From Clostridium sp. CAG:217 (GTDB lineage Bacteria > Bacteroidota > Bacteroidia > Bacteroidales > Bacteroidaceae), in NCBI GenBank assembly GCA_963624095.1, contig CAVFNZ010000001.1, positions 3,841 to 67,840 of the forward strand: DNA of 64,000 nucleotides. The letters run 5' to 3'. Under the pieces are notes generated by a model. That model was given only the letters and a program-made list of their open reading frames with translations. It did no database searches and had not been told where the DNA came from. Shown piece after piece: positions 29,686 through 37,988 of this stretch (positions within the stretch are counted from its first letter, which is position 1; the number at the start of each line of letters is the position of its first letter). A program made the translations under genes and the position numbers.

Positions 29686-31100
29686 ACCGTGGGGTCTTGT
29701 TTCAGTTCTTCCACAAAATTGTTCACGCGCTGCATCTCTTGAGGGATGCGGATGCGTTGCGGACAATGACTTACACACTCGCCACACCCGATGCAGTGAC
29801 TGGCCTGACGCAGACGCGGCACGCTGCGGTCGTACCCGATGAGGAACGCGCGCCGTGCCCGGCGGAAGTCCGGATGCTCGTTCCCCTTGTTGGGCATATT
29901 GCCCTCCTTGATGCACCGGTTGTAGTGCGAGAAGATGGCGGGGATGTCGATGCCGTACGGACAGGGCATGCAGTAGTTGCACTCGTTGCACGGAATCGTC
30001 TTCAGGTTGTAGATGTCGTTGGCGATTTCCATCAGGAAGTCGTTCTCCTCCTCATTCAGCGGTTTCAGCGGTGAATAGGTGCAGAGGTTATCCTTGAGGT
30101 GCTCCATGTAGGTCATGCCGCTGAGTACCGTGAGCACTCCGTCCGGTGTGCCGGCAAAGCGGAAAGCCCAGCTCGCCACGCTCTGTTCGGGTTCGCGCTG
30201 TTTCATCTTCGCCACGATGGGGTCGGGAACTTTGGAGAGTCGCCCACCCAGCAAGGGCTCCATGATGATGGCAGGGATATCTCTTTTCTTCAGCTCGCCA
30301 TAGAGGTATACGGCATCGGTGTTGCGGTCGTTTATCTCATCGGCGTAGTTCCAGTCCAGGTAGTTGAGCTCTATCTGCACGAAGTCCCAATGGTAGCGTC
30401 CCTCGTCGTGCCATTGCAAAGCGAGGTCGAAAATCTTGATGTCGCCGTGGTACGAGAAACCGAGGTTGCGGATGCGTCCCTTCGCTTTCTGTTCCACCAG
30501 CCAGTCCAGTATGCCGTTGTCCATGTAGCGGGCGTTGAAGTCCTTCAGGGCGTCGTTGCCCATGCCGATGCCGTGTAGCAGGAGGTAGTCCACATAATCC
30601 ACCCGCAACTCCTTCAGCGAGTTCTCGAACATGGCGATGGAGGCCTGCCTTGTCCAGGTAGCCGGTGCGAAGTTGGAAAGTTTGGTGGCTATGAAATAGT
30701 CCTCCCGGGGATGGCGGCTCAAGGCGATGCCGGTGCTTCGTTCCGAGAGGCCGCGACAATAGGCGGGGGAGGTGTCGAAGTAGTTCACGCCATGCTCCAG
30801 GGCATAGTCCACTTCCTGGTTCACCATTTCCTGGTCTATCTCCTGGCCTTTCCCGTCACTGCCGGTTCCCTCCTCCTTCATGGGGAGTCTCATCATGCCG
30901 TATCCTAACAAAGATATGCGATTCCGTGTGTTCGGGTCTATCCGATAGGTCATTTGGCCGATGGGAGGTTCGTGGGGAGTAAAGGAGTCCGAGAATCCTG
31001 TTTTGCCTTTGCATCCGGGCAACAGGGAGAATGACGTAGCGGCAATGGCACCGCTGCCAAGCATCTTCAGGAATTTTCTTCTGTCTATCTCTTTCTTCAT
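29682..31100 (-). CDS. Aldo/keto reductase with C-terminal 4Fe-4S motifs and a Tat lipoprotein signal
   Basis: IDRRKFLK...LLPGC signal; AKR tetrad D/Y (FDTSPAY), K (ATKL), H (LLLH); CNECNYCMPCP and CIGCGECVSHCP. Confidence 0.88.
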   Translation of the reverse strand: MKKEIDRRKFLKMLGSGAIAATSFSLLPGCKGKTGFSDSFTPHEPPIGQMTYRIDPNTRNRISLLGYGMMRLPMKEEGTGSDGKGQEIDQEMVNQEVDYALEHGVNYFDTSPAYCRGLSERSTGIALSRHPREDYFIATKLSNFAPATWTRQASIAMFENSLKELRVDYVDYLLLHGIGMGNDALKDFNARYMDNGILDWLVEQKAKGRIRNLGFSYHGDIKIFDLALQWHDEGRYHWDFVQIELNYLDWNYADEINDRNTDAVYLYGELKKRDIPAIIMEPLLGGRLSKVPDPIVAKMKQREPEQSVASWAFRFAGTPDGVLTVLSGMTYMEHLKDNLCTYSPLKPLNEEENDFLMEIANDIYNLKTIPCNECNYCMPCPYGIDIPAIFSHYNRCIKEGNMPNKGNEHPDFRRARRAFLIGYDRSVPRLRQASHCIGCGECVSHCPQRIRIPQEMQRVNNFVEELKQDPTV

Positions 31101-31123
31101 CTTTTAGTCTTTTGAGGGTGGGG

Positions 31124-32602
31124 TTAAACAATGCGGTGTTTCTCGTGTCCTTCCACGTAGATGGCACTGAACGGGCGGGCGGGACAGAGGTTCTCGCAGG
31201 CTCCGCAGCCGATGCAGCGTTCGGTATTGACGACCGGTACCATGGGCGATTGCTCATTGTCGGGGTCGGAGTTGACCATCGTGATGGCTCTGGCTGGACA
31301 GTGGCGTGCGCAGTTGCCGCACGCTACGCCGTCGGTCAGTGGGATGCAGTTCTTGCGTACCCACACGGCGTGGCCTATTTGTATGGCAGTCTTGTCCGCC
31401 CTCGTGATAGGCCGTATGGCTCCGGCGGGGCAGACCTCACCGCACTTCGTACATTCCGGTCGGCAGTAGCCCCGCTCGTACGACATAATAGGTTGCATCA
31501 AGGTCGTCAGCCCCGTGGATGGGCGCAACACGTCATTGGGGCAAACCGTGACACAGAGTTGGCAGGCGGTGCAATGACGCGCCATATTGTTGGCCGAGAG
31601 CGACCCCGGAGGGGTGATGGCCGTCTGGCGTTCGGGGGCAATCTTATCGGCAATGGCTGCCAATCCGCCATCCACCTTTTTCTTTTCTTGGGCCATTGCC
31701 ATTGTCGAGGCGGCTACGGCTGTGCCGATGACGAAAGTCCGTCGACTTGCGTCCACCGCTATCGGCTCGATATTCCCTTTCGGGTGACTGAATGAGATGG
31801 CGCCTTTGCGGCAGACACCGATGCAGTTGCCGCAAGTGACGCAGCGGGAGTAGTCCACCGTGTGGTTCTTGCTATCTATGCACGCTGCCTTGCAACTGCG
31901 TTCGCACAATCCGCATTGGTTGCATTTGGAGGTGTCCACATGAATCTTCAACCAAGAGAAGCGGGCAAGGAAACCCAACACGGTGCCGACGGGACAGATG
32001 GTGTTGCAATAGGTGCGTCCGTTGCGCCACGCCAGCACGATGAGTGCTACGAAGGTGACGGCAGCAATCACGAACGTGGGCAGACTACGCATCCACACCT
32101 CCTTCTCATAGAAGGCATAGCTGTTCTGTCGCTCCGCCAGATAGGCCAATGCGTTATTCCCCCAGTCGTAGAGAGGAGCGAACAGATTCTGTACGATGCG
32201 CCCGTAGGAGCTGTAGGGAGCCAACAACGCCACAAGCGACCCAATGCCCACCAGGACGGCGACTACGAACAGGACCAACACCGCATAGCGCAGCCAGCAC
32301 TTGGCCGGGCTGTAGCTGAAGCGGTATTTCTTCTTTTTTCGTCGCCCGCTTAAGGCGGAGATAACATCTTGGAACACGCCCAGCGGACAGATGACCGAAC
32401 AATAGATTCGCCCGAAGAGGAGGGTCAGTACGAGAAGCCCCAGTATCACGCCCGCGTTGAGGGCCAGCACGGCAGGCAAGAGCTGAATCTTCGCCAACCA
32501 TCCGAACCACGCATGGAGCGTACCGGTGAAATCGAGAAACAAGGCCGTGATGAGTAGAAACGTCACCGAGGCCAACGCCAGTCTTATGTTACGTAACGTC
32601 AT
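31124..32602 (-). CDS. Membrane polyferredoxin (NapH-like membrane domain fused to a NapG/MauM-like domain)
   Basis: TM helices, two CxxxCP motifs (YCSVICP, YCNTICP), six ferredoxin-type Cys clusters, internal SRRTFV. Confidence 0.85.
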   Translation of the reverse strand: MTLRNIRLALASVTFLLITALFLDFTGTLHAWFGWLAKIQLLPAVLALNAGVILGLLVLTLLFGRIYCSVICPLGVFQDVISALSGRRKKKKYRFSYSPAKCWLRYAVLVLFVVAVLVGIGSLVALLAPYSSYGRIVQNLFAPLYDWGNNALAYLAERQNSYAFYEKEVWMRSLPTFVIAAVTFVALIVLAWRNGRTYCNTICPVGTVLGFLARFSWLKIHVDTSKCNQCGLCERSCKAACIDSKNHTVDYSRCVTCGNCIGVCRKGAISFSHPKGNIEPIAVDASRRTFVIGTAVAASTMAMAQEKKKVDGGLAAIADKIAPERQTAITPPGSLSANNMARHCTACQLCVTVCPNDVLRPSTGLTTLMQPIMSYERGYCRPECTKCGEVCPAGAIRPITRADKTAIQIGHAVWVRKNCIPLTDGVACGNCARHCPARAITMVNSDPDNEQSPMVPVVNTERCIGCGACENLCPARPFSAIYVEGHEKHRIV

Positions 32603-32644
32603 AGGTAATAAGTAAGGTATCAAGTATGATAAGTTTGTTGACTA

Positions 32645-32710
32645 CAAAGGTACAACAATTTATCTATTCCTACTTGTACCCAATTTACTGAATTTAGTAC
32701 CATGATTACC
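32645..32710 (-). promoter_or_regulatory. Promoter (-7 TACCTTTG) with an upstream 21-bp-period direct repeat
   Basis: -7 element at 32645-32652. The minus strand reads GTAATCATGGTAC...GTAAATTGGGTAC. Confidence 0.55.
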
Positions 32711-32789
32711 GCAACGAGCTTTGCGAGAGGTCCGTCCTCTACCGTATTTCCAGAAATGAATGAGTTTTTAGGAAAGAATTATCCCTTAC

Positions 32790-33794
32790 CTATAACTCCC
32801 GGATTTGTTTTTCTGTCAATCCCGTGGCGGTCACAATCTGGTCAACGCTGAGACTCATGGCTTTTAGGCTGCGGGCTATTGAAAATCGTTCTTCTTCACG
32901 TCCCTCTTCACGTCCCTCTTCACGCCCCTCTTCACGTCCTTCCGCACGTCCTTCCGCACGTCCCTCCGCACGTCCCTCCGCGCGTCCTTCCTTGAGCCCC
33001 TGGATGTGGCCTTCAACACGGCCTTCTTCATAACCGTCGTCGCGGCTCGTGTCGAAGAGGCTGCGCATGTGGCGCACTGACTCCATATAGCGGTAATAGG
33101 CTCGTTTGTCTTTCTCGGGCAGGGAGTCCACGCGCAAGTACTCACGCGCCTCGGTAAGACCGGCAGCTTGGGTCGTGTCACTAATCTTTCCCGTCTTGAG
33201 GAACTCTATCCATTCGTCAAGAGGCGTGGTGGCGACCTTGTCAAAGTCGTTCACCCGCAGGATGTAGTACTCCGGGAACAACTCGCCTGCGTCTCTCCGC
33301 CGGTTGGTATCCGTTTCCTTTATGCCCAGGAATTTCTCGCTTTGGTGGGCGGACAGCTTAAGCAAGTCGTGGGGTGCATGAATTCCCTTGAACTCGGTTC
33401 TCCCGTGATAGACATAGTCCTTTCCTTGGCCGAGCTCAAAGTAGACGATGTTGATGGAGTAGATTTTCCGCACCTTGTCGTAGGGGTCACCTTTGCCGAT
33501 GTATTCCGTAATGGCCTTGGACACCCCGTATAACATGCGGTGAAAATAGGTTATCTCGTGGCTGTTTTGTATCTCGATGATTATCAACTCTCCGTTCTCG
33601 CTCTCCGCGAGGATGTCCACACGGTTATACTTGTCCAGCTCTTCCTCTTGGTTGCTTTCGCTTTCGAGGAAGCGTTGGATAACCATCTTCTTCCCCAACA
33701 GGGAAAAAAGCAATCCCTCCAAAACCGCATGGTTGGTCTTGTTTCGGAGCAGGCGTTTCATCGCCCAGTCAAATCGGATATAATTGTCTTCCAT
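32790..33794 (-). CDS. Rpn-family recombination-promoting nuclease / PD-(D/E)XK putative transposase
   Basis: YIRFDWAMKRLL, RVDIL...IIEIQ, EWIEFLK, EGR-repeat tail, ATGLT..QI. Start set at ATG 33794, downstream of the promoter. Confidence 0.92.
   Translation of the reverse strand: MEDNYIRFDWAMKRLLRNKTNHAVLEGLLFSLLGKKMVIQRFLESESNQEEELDKYNRVDILAESENGELIIIEIQNSHEITYFHRMLYGVSKAITEYIGKGDPYDKVRKIYSINIVYFELGQGKDYVYHGRTEFKGIHAPHDLLKLSAHQSEKFLGIKETDTNRRRDAGELFPEYYILRVNDFDKVATTPLDEWIEFLKTGKISDTTQAAGLTEAREYLRVDSLPEKDKRAYYRYMESVRHMRSLFDTSRDDGYEEGRVEGHIQGLKEGRAEGRAEGRAEGRAEGREEGREEGREEGREEERFSIARSLKAMSLSVDQIVTATGLTEKQIREL
32895..32990 (-). repeat. 12-bp coding tandem repeat, (EGRA)4(EGRE)4
   Basis: CACGTCCCTCTT and CACGTCCTTCCG-type units within the Rpn 3' end. 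Confidence 0.9.
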
Positions 33795-33851
33795 ATTGTC
33801 TCTATCGTTATGGTTTATAACTGACGCTATCTGTCCGTAGGTTAGCGTTGA

Positions 33852-33883
33852 CAAATGTACGGATTATTTTATCTACCTCCAAA
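33852..33883 (-). promoter_or_regulatory. Canonical Bacteroidetes promoter for rpn (TTTG-N20-TACATTTG)
   Basis: -33 element at 33880-33883 and -7 element at 33852-33859. Confidence 0.65.
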
Positions 33884-34018
33884 TTTTAGTCTGAATTCCA
33901 TCAAAAGTCTCTCTTTCACTCTTTGATACATATATCTCTTACGGGTTATGGGTTGTTGATGGACTACCTTGTGACTGATAGGAAGCGATTGTCATGCATC
34001 AAGAATCCGCTTCATTAT

Positions 34019-34105
34019 GGTTGTTGACAGCTGTCGTGAAGTTGTTTGTCAGCTGTCGAACGTTTGTTTGACAGATGTCGTAAAGTTGTTTGTCAGCTGA
34101 CGAAC
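34019..34105. repeat. Four near-palindromic GWCAGMTGWC cores at a 22-bp period
   Basis: Cores at 34026 (GACAGCTGTC), 34048 (GTCAGCTGTC), 34070 (GACAGATGTC) and 34092 (GTCAGCTGAC), each preceded by TTGTT(T). Confidence 0.9.
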
Positions 34106-34309
34106 CCTCTAATCGAACGCTTTCTTGCGTCGTTACAATAGGTATCTTGTCAGATTAGAAAGGGCTTTTGGGAAATACACTCATGACCATGATGACGACT
34201 ACCCACATGACTATCTCACATGACTTGCTGAGGTAAAAAAGAGTGGGAATAAGGTCTTCATCGCAAAAAACATTACTTTTGTATTCCGTAACAAAAGTCG
34301 GACAGAAAC

Positions 34310-35545
34310 ATGGAACTATCGGAAAAAACAATCGATTTCATCAAACAGAATGCGGAAGCGGATGTTCGTGTATTAGCCCTGAAGACCAAGCGTGTGGAGG
34401 GAGTGGACTTGCCTCTTGCCCTTACACAGATAGCCGGGCGACAGACAGCGCGAAAGAAGCTGCCCACATGGGGAATGACGGATGGTATCCTCTATGCTCC
34501 GCACCTGCCGTTGGAACAATGTTCATCCGAAATCACCGCACGCTACAAAGCCACGCTCGTCAGAGGCGAGAGCTTTGCAGACCTTTCCGCAGGCTTCGGC
34601 GTGGATTGTTTCTTCCTCTCCGCACAGAAACGTCGGGCGGTCTATGTGGAACGACAAGCTCTGCTTTGCGACATCGCGCGGCATAATTTTCCGCTACTCC
34701 GTAAAGACTCTGAAATCGAGGTGGTGAATGCCGACTGTACGGAGTATCTGCATCAGATGGCGAAGGTGGACTGTCTATACATTGACCCGGCCCGGCGGGA
34801 TTTACACGGACGTAAAACAGTGGCTATTGCCGATTGTGAACCGGACATCTGCAAACTCGAACCGTTGTTGTTGGAAAAGGGGGAGACGGTACTTGTCAAA
34901 CTATCCCCGATGTTGGACATTACTCAAGCCTTACGCAGCCTCTCTTTTGTTAAGGATGTTTATGTCGTTTCGGTGCAGAACGAGTGTAAGGAACTCCTGC
35001 TTCGCCTCTCCTTGGACAAGGTCGAGGATGCTCCCCGCATACACTGCGTCAACCTGTGGCCACGGCATGAACAGGAAAACGCCCTGTTTACTTTACCGGA
35101 CGGGATAGGAATATACTGCTCATCTTTTAGCTTTACCCCAAACGAGGAAACCACTGCTACCGTGGCGTACACCGACTCCGTGGGGTCATACCTTTATGAG
35201 CCGAACGCTTCGCTGCTGAAAGCGGGTGTCTACAATAGTGTGGGCATCCGGTACGGCCTACTGAAGCTACACCCCAACAGTCACCTCTATACAGGGGAAA
35301 CATATCAGCCCGATTTCCCCGGCCGTTGTTTCTCTGTAGAACAAATTCGGGGCTTTGGCAAGAAAGACCTGAAAGCCTTGGCAGCGTTGAAGCAGGCCAA
35401 TGTAACGGTGCGCAACTTCCCCTCTTCCGTGAATGAGTTGCGCAAGAAACTGCATTTGACGGACGGAGGCGATACCTATCTCTTCGCCACAACACTTGCC
35501 GCGGGTGAGAAGGTTCTCCTCCAGTGCCGTAAAGGTAAAAAGTAA
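34310..35545 (+). CDS. Class I SAM-dependent methyltransferase with a C-terminal THUMP-like domain
   Basis: LEQCSSE, ADLSAGFGVD (motif I), YIDPARR, VKLSPMLD, YLYEPN, RNFP. Confidence 0.8.
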   Translation: MELSEKTIDFIKQNAEADVRVLALKTKRVEGVDLPLALTQIAGRQTARKKLPTWGMTDGILYAPHLPLEQCSSEITARYKATLVRGESFADLSAGFGVDCFFLSAQKRRAVYVERQALLCDIARHNFPLLRKDSEIEVVNADCTEYLHQMAKVDCLYIDPARRDLHGRKTVAIADCEPDICKLEPLLLEKGETVLVKLSPMLDITQALRSLSFVKDVYVVSVQNECKELLLRLSLDKVEDAPRIHCVNLWPRHEQENALFTLPDGIGIYCSSFSFTPNEETTATVAYTDSVGSYLYEPNASLLKAGVYNSVGIRYGLLKLHPNSHLYTGETYQPDFPGRCFSVEQIRGFGKKDLKALAALKQANVTVRNFPSSVNELRKKLHLTDGGDTYLFATTLAAGEKVLLQCRKGKK

Positions 35546-35560
35546 GGGGTTGAATATCCC

Positions 35561-37891
35561 CTACGCATAGCTGTGCATGCCGCCTAACAGGAAGTTCACA
35601 CCGAAGTAGGTGATGAGTACACTGAGGAAGGCGATGACGGTGAACAGATGGAAGAACAGGGGACGACGAAACCGATCTAATGATGCCGTATGTAGGGCGA
35701 ATGAGTAGATGAGCAGCGTGATGAGAGCCCACACTTCCTTGGGGTCCCAACCCCAATAACGACCCCAGGAGACATTGGCCCATACGGCTCCGATGAAGAT
35801 ACCCGTGGCCAGGCAGAAGACGGCAGGGTAGAGCAGGATGCGGCTCAACACTTGCAGCCGTTCTATCTCCTCATTGTGCGACCCCTTGGAACTGCATAGC
35901 ACCAGTGCCGTTACGCCATTGAGCATCATAAAAGCCAACAGGGCATAGGCCACCATGATGACCATTACATGCAGACTCAGAAGGGGTGACGAGAGGACTG
36001 GCATCAGTTGTGTGATTGGTGGGTTGGCTTCGCCAAAGCGTGCCACCATTAGTGCCAAACCGCAGACCAGGAACCCGAAGGCGGTAGCTGCGGCTAATCG
36101 ACGCTGCATCACGAACGACAGCAACAAGGCGCATACCGCCATGCACTGCATCGTTTCGTATCCGTTAGACATCGGTAGGTGGTGGCTCACATATCCGCGC
36201 AGACAGAGTAATAGCGCCAAGAACACGCAGATGACACCCCCGAAGAGCTGTATCCATAGCTCAACTTTCGTTGCTTTGTGGGATTCGCATGCTCTTTTCT
36301 CAACCTCTCCCTTCCCGTCTGCATTTTCGTTTCTTGGAGGGAGGCCGTTAGCCTCTTTCTTTTGGCCGTTGGGGATATTATTCGGTTGGTCATTTGTTTC
36401 TTCCTCTTTCCTCGCAATTATCTTACGGAGGTAACGAGCGAAGCTCATGATACCCAGCAGTATGCAGACGACGGCGATGGGGAGGTTGCGGTTGAGTTGG
36501 TTATAGAGCAGTTCGGCTTGGATGCGACTTTCCGAGGGGAGTTGATTGCCGCCTTCGGATTGTTGGAACTTACGCAGCTTCTTTAACACTTCCAACGTAC
36601 GTCCCGTGTTGCCCATCGCGACTTGTTCACCCAGATAACTCATGCTTTTGTGGATGAAGAGGGATTTCTCCGCCTCCATCGCTGCGGGCAGTTGGTCTGC
36701 CGGTGAGTACCAACGCAGTGCCTGTGAACTGTCCGTATGGCACGGGAAGAGCTTCAGCAGGCTTCCTGTGCAGACCATACTCACTAAGTTGAACTTCTCG
36801 TTGGCTTCTTCTATGGCGCGTTTGTCCTTCGGACTGTCCGGGGTACGCAGTGCCTGCTCCAGCTTGTAGCCATGCAAGTCCACGAAGTCACGCAGTGAGG
36901 CATAGTCTCCCTCGATTCCCAATAACGAGCGTACCCGTTCATTTTTGATGCGGATTATGGGCTCTTCTTTCCACTGGTCGTAGTAGAACACCCATCCGCT
37001 CAGCACTTGGTCGGCTGTCAGTCCGCGGTACGAGTTCTTGCCGCAGAGCTTTACCGTGAAGTCATGTGCCAGCGTTTGCAACGGGCATACCCGTTCGTTG
37101 TAGTACACATAGAGCCGTCCCCATTCCGCTGCCGCTTCCTTCGGAAGGGATTTTGGCTCTGCGGCGAGAATCGGGGTGGGTAGCAGTAGTAATACGGCGA
37201 GTGCGCCTTTGCGCAATAACGGATGGCGCAGTAACTGACGGAACTGGCTTCCTTTTTGGAAGAAAAAAAGAATCATGTAGAGGAGCAGCAATGCGTAGCC
37301 GGTATAAGAGAGGAAGATGCCGTAGGGGTCGTGCGCCACGGAGAGGGTAGTGCCCCTTCCGTCGCTGTCGTAGCGTGACTGATAGAAGCGGTAGTGTCGG
37401 TAGTTGCAAATGCGGTTCATCGCTACCTGCTCCTCGTGGCGTTCATTGCCATCGATGATGGTCAGTTCGCTCACGAAATCCATCGGGGCTTGCGTGCCGG
37501 GGTAGTAATCCAAATGAAAAGCTTTCAGTGTCAGTCCAAAGGGTAGGGCATGCGTCTCTCCGTTGTTGTCCGTGAACGTGCTGATGGCATCTTCGCCTTG
37601 ACGCAGATGGATGCTGCCGTACTGCCCCGTACAGTAGGTGATGAACCCTCCTGTCAGGATAATTCCAAAAGAGAGGTGCAACCCGAAGGTCGCTGCTTTC
37701 CGTTGCACCTTTTGCCGCAGCAGATAGCAGAGGCTGAATAGGGCGGCGACACCCCATAGTCCCACAAACAAAGGTGATTCGTAGACGAAATGAGTGACGA
37801 AGTCCGTCCCGTAACATTTCTCCACTACCGTGGCACTTGCCAGTATTATCACCAGCAAGGCGGTCAGTCCAAAAGATAGCGTTCTCATCAT
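35561..37891 (-). CDS. ccsA: Fused system II cytochrome c synthase (CcsB/ResB-CcsA)
   Basis: WWD motif GAVWANVSWGRYWGWDPKEVW, conserved His residues (GLHLS, SLHV, ALH, GMHSYA), ResB-like N-terminal region. Confidence 0.9.
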   Translation of the reverse strand: MMRTLSFGLTALLVIILASATVVEKCYGTDFVTHFVYESPLFVGLWGVAALFSLCYLLRQKVQRKAATFGLHLSFGIILTGGFITYCTGQYGSIHLRQGEDAISTFTDNNGETHALPFGLTLKAFHLDYYPGTQAPMDFVSELTIIDGNERHEEQVAMNRICNYRHYRFYQSRYDSDGRGTTLSVAHDPYGIFLSYTGYALLLLYMILFFFQKGSQFRQLLRHPLLRKGALAVLLLLPTPILAAEPKSLPKEAAAEWGRLYVYYNERVCPLQTLAHDFTVKLCGKNSYRGLTADQVLSGWVFYYDQWKEEPIIRIKNERVRSLLGIEGDYASLRDFVDLHGYKLEQALRTPDSPKDKRAIEEANEKFNLVSMVCTGSLLKLFPCHTDSSQALRWYSPADQLPAAMEAEKSLFIHKSMSYLGEQVAMGNTGRTLEVLKKLRKFQQSEGGNQLPSESRIQAELLYNQLNRNLPIAVVCILLGIMSFARYLRKIIARKEEETNDQPNNIPNGQKKEANGLPPRNENADGKGEVEKRACESHKATKVELWIQLFGGVICVFLALLLCLRGYVSHHLPMSNGYETMQCMAVCALLLSFVMQRRLAAATAFGFLVCGLALMVARFGEANPPITQLMPVLSSPLLSLHVMVIMVAYALLAFMMLNGVTALVLCSSKGSHNEEIERLQVLSRILLYPAVFCLATGIFIGAVWANVSWGRYWGWDPKEVWALITLLIYSFALHTASLDRFRRPLFFHLFTVIAFLSVLITYFGVNFLLGGMHSYA

Positions 37892-37920
37892 CGTTTTTGG
37901 TTTATGGCTGAATGACACGA

Positions 37921-37970
37921 AGAGGTTGGGATTGGGTCTTCCCTATGAGAAGACCTGTTTCCCAACCTCT
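37921..37970. terminator. Long stem-loop between the dihaem gene and ccsBA
   Basis: AGAGGTTGGGA..GGTCTTC / GAAGACC..TCCCAACCTCT. Confidence 0.6.
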
Positions 37971-37988
37971 CGCTTGTATAGATAAGAC

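Noticed and set aside
29686..29991. N-terminal extension of the 258-aa ORF, suggesting a frameshift fusion of AKR and DUF1893
   Set aside because: The extension is an alternate frame of the AKR 3' end. The ATGA overlap at 29682-29685 explains it as ordinary translational coupling, and I saw no slippery site.
32790..33794. rpn gene as an IS element
   Set aside because: No terminal inverted repeats or target-site duplications were seen, and Rpn proteins are not shown to be IS transposases.
34197..34225. Short tandem GACTAYY(T)CACAT repeat
   Set aside because: Only two imperfect copies, which is compatible with chance or slippage.
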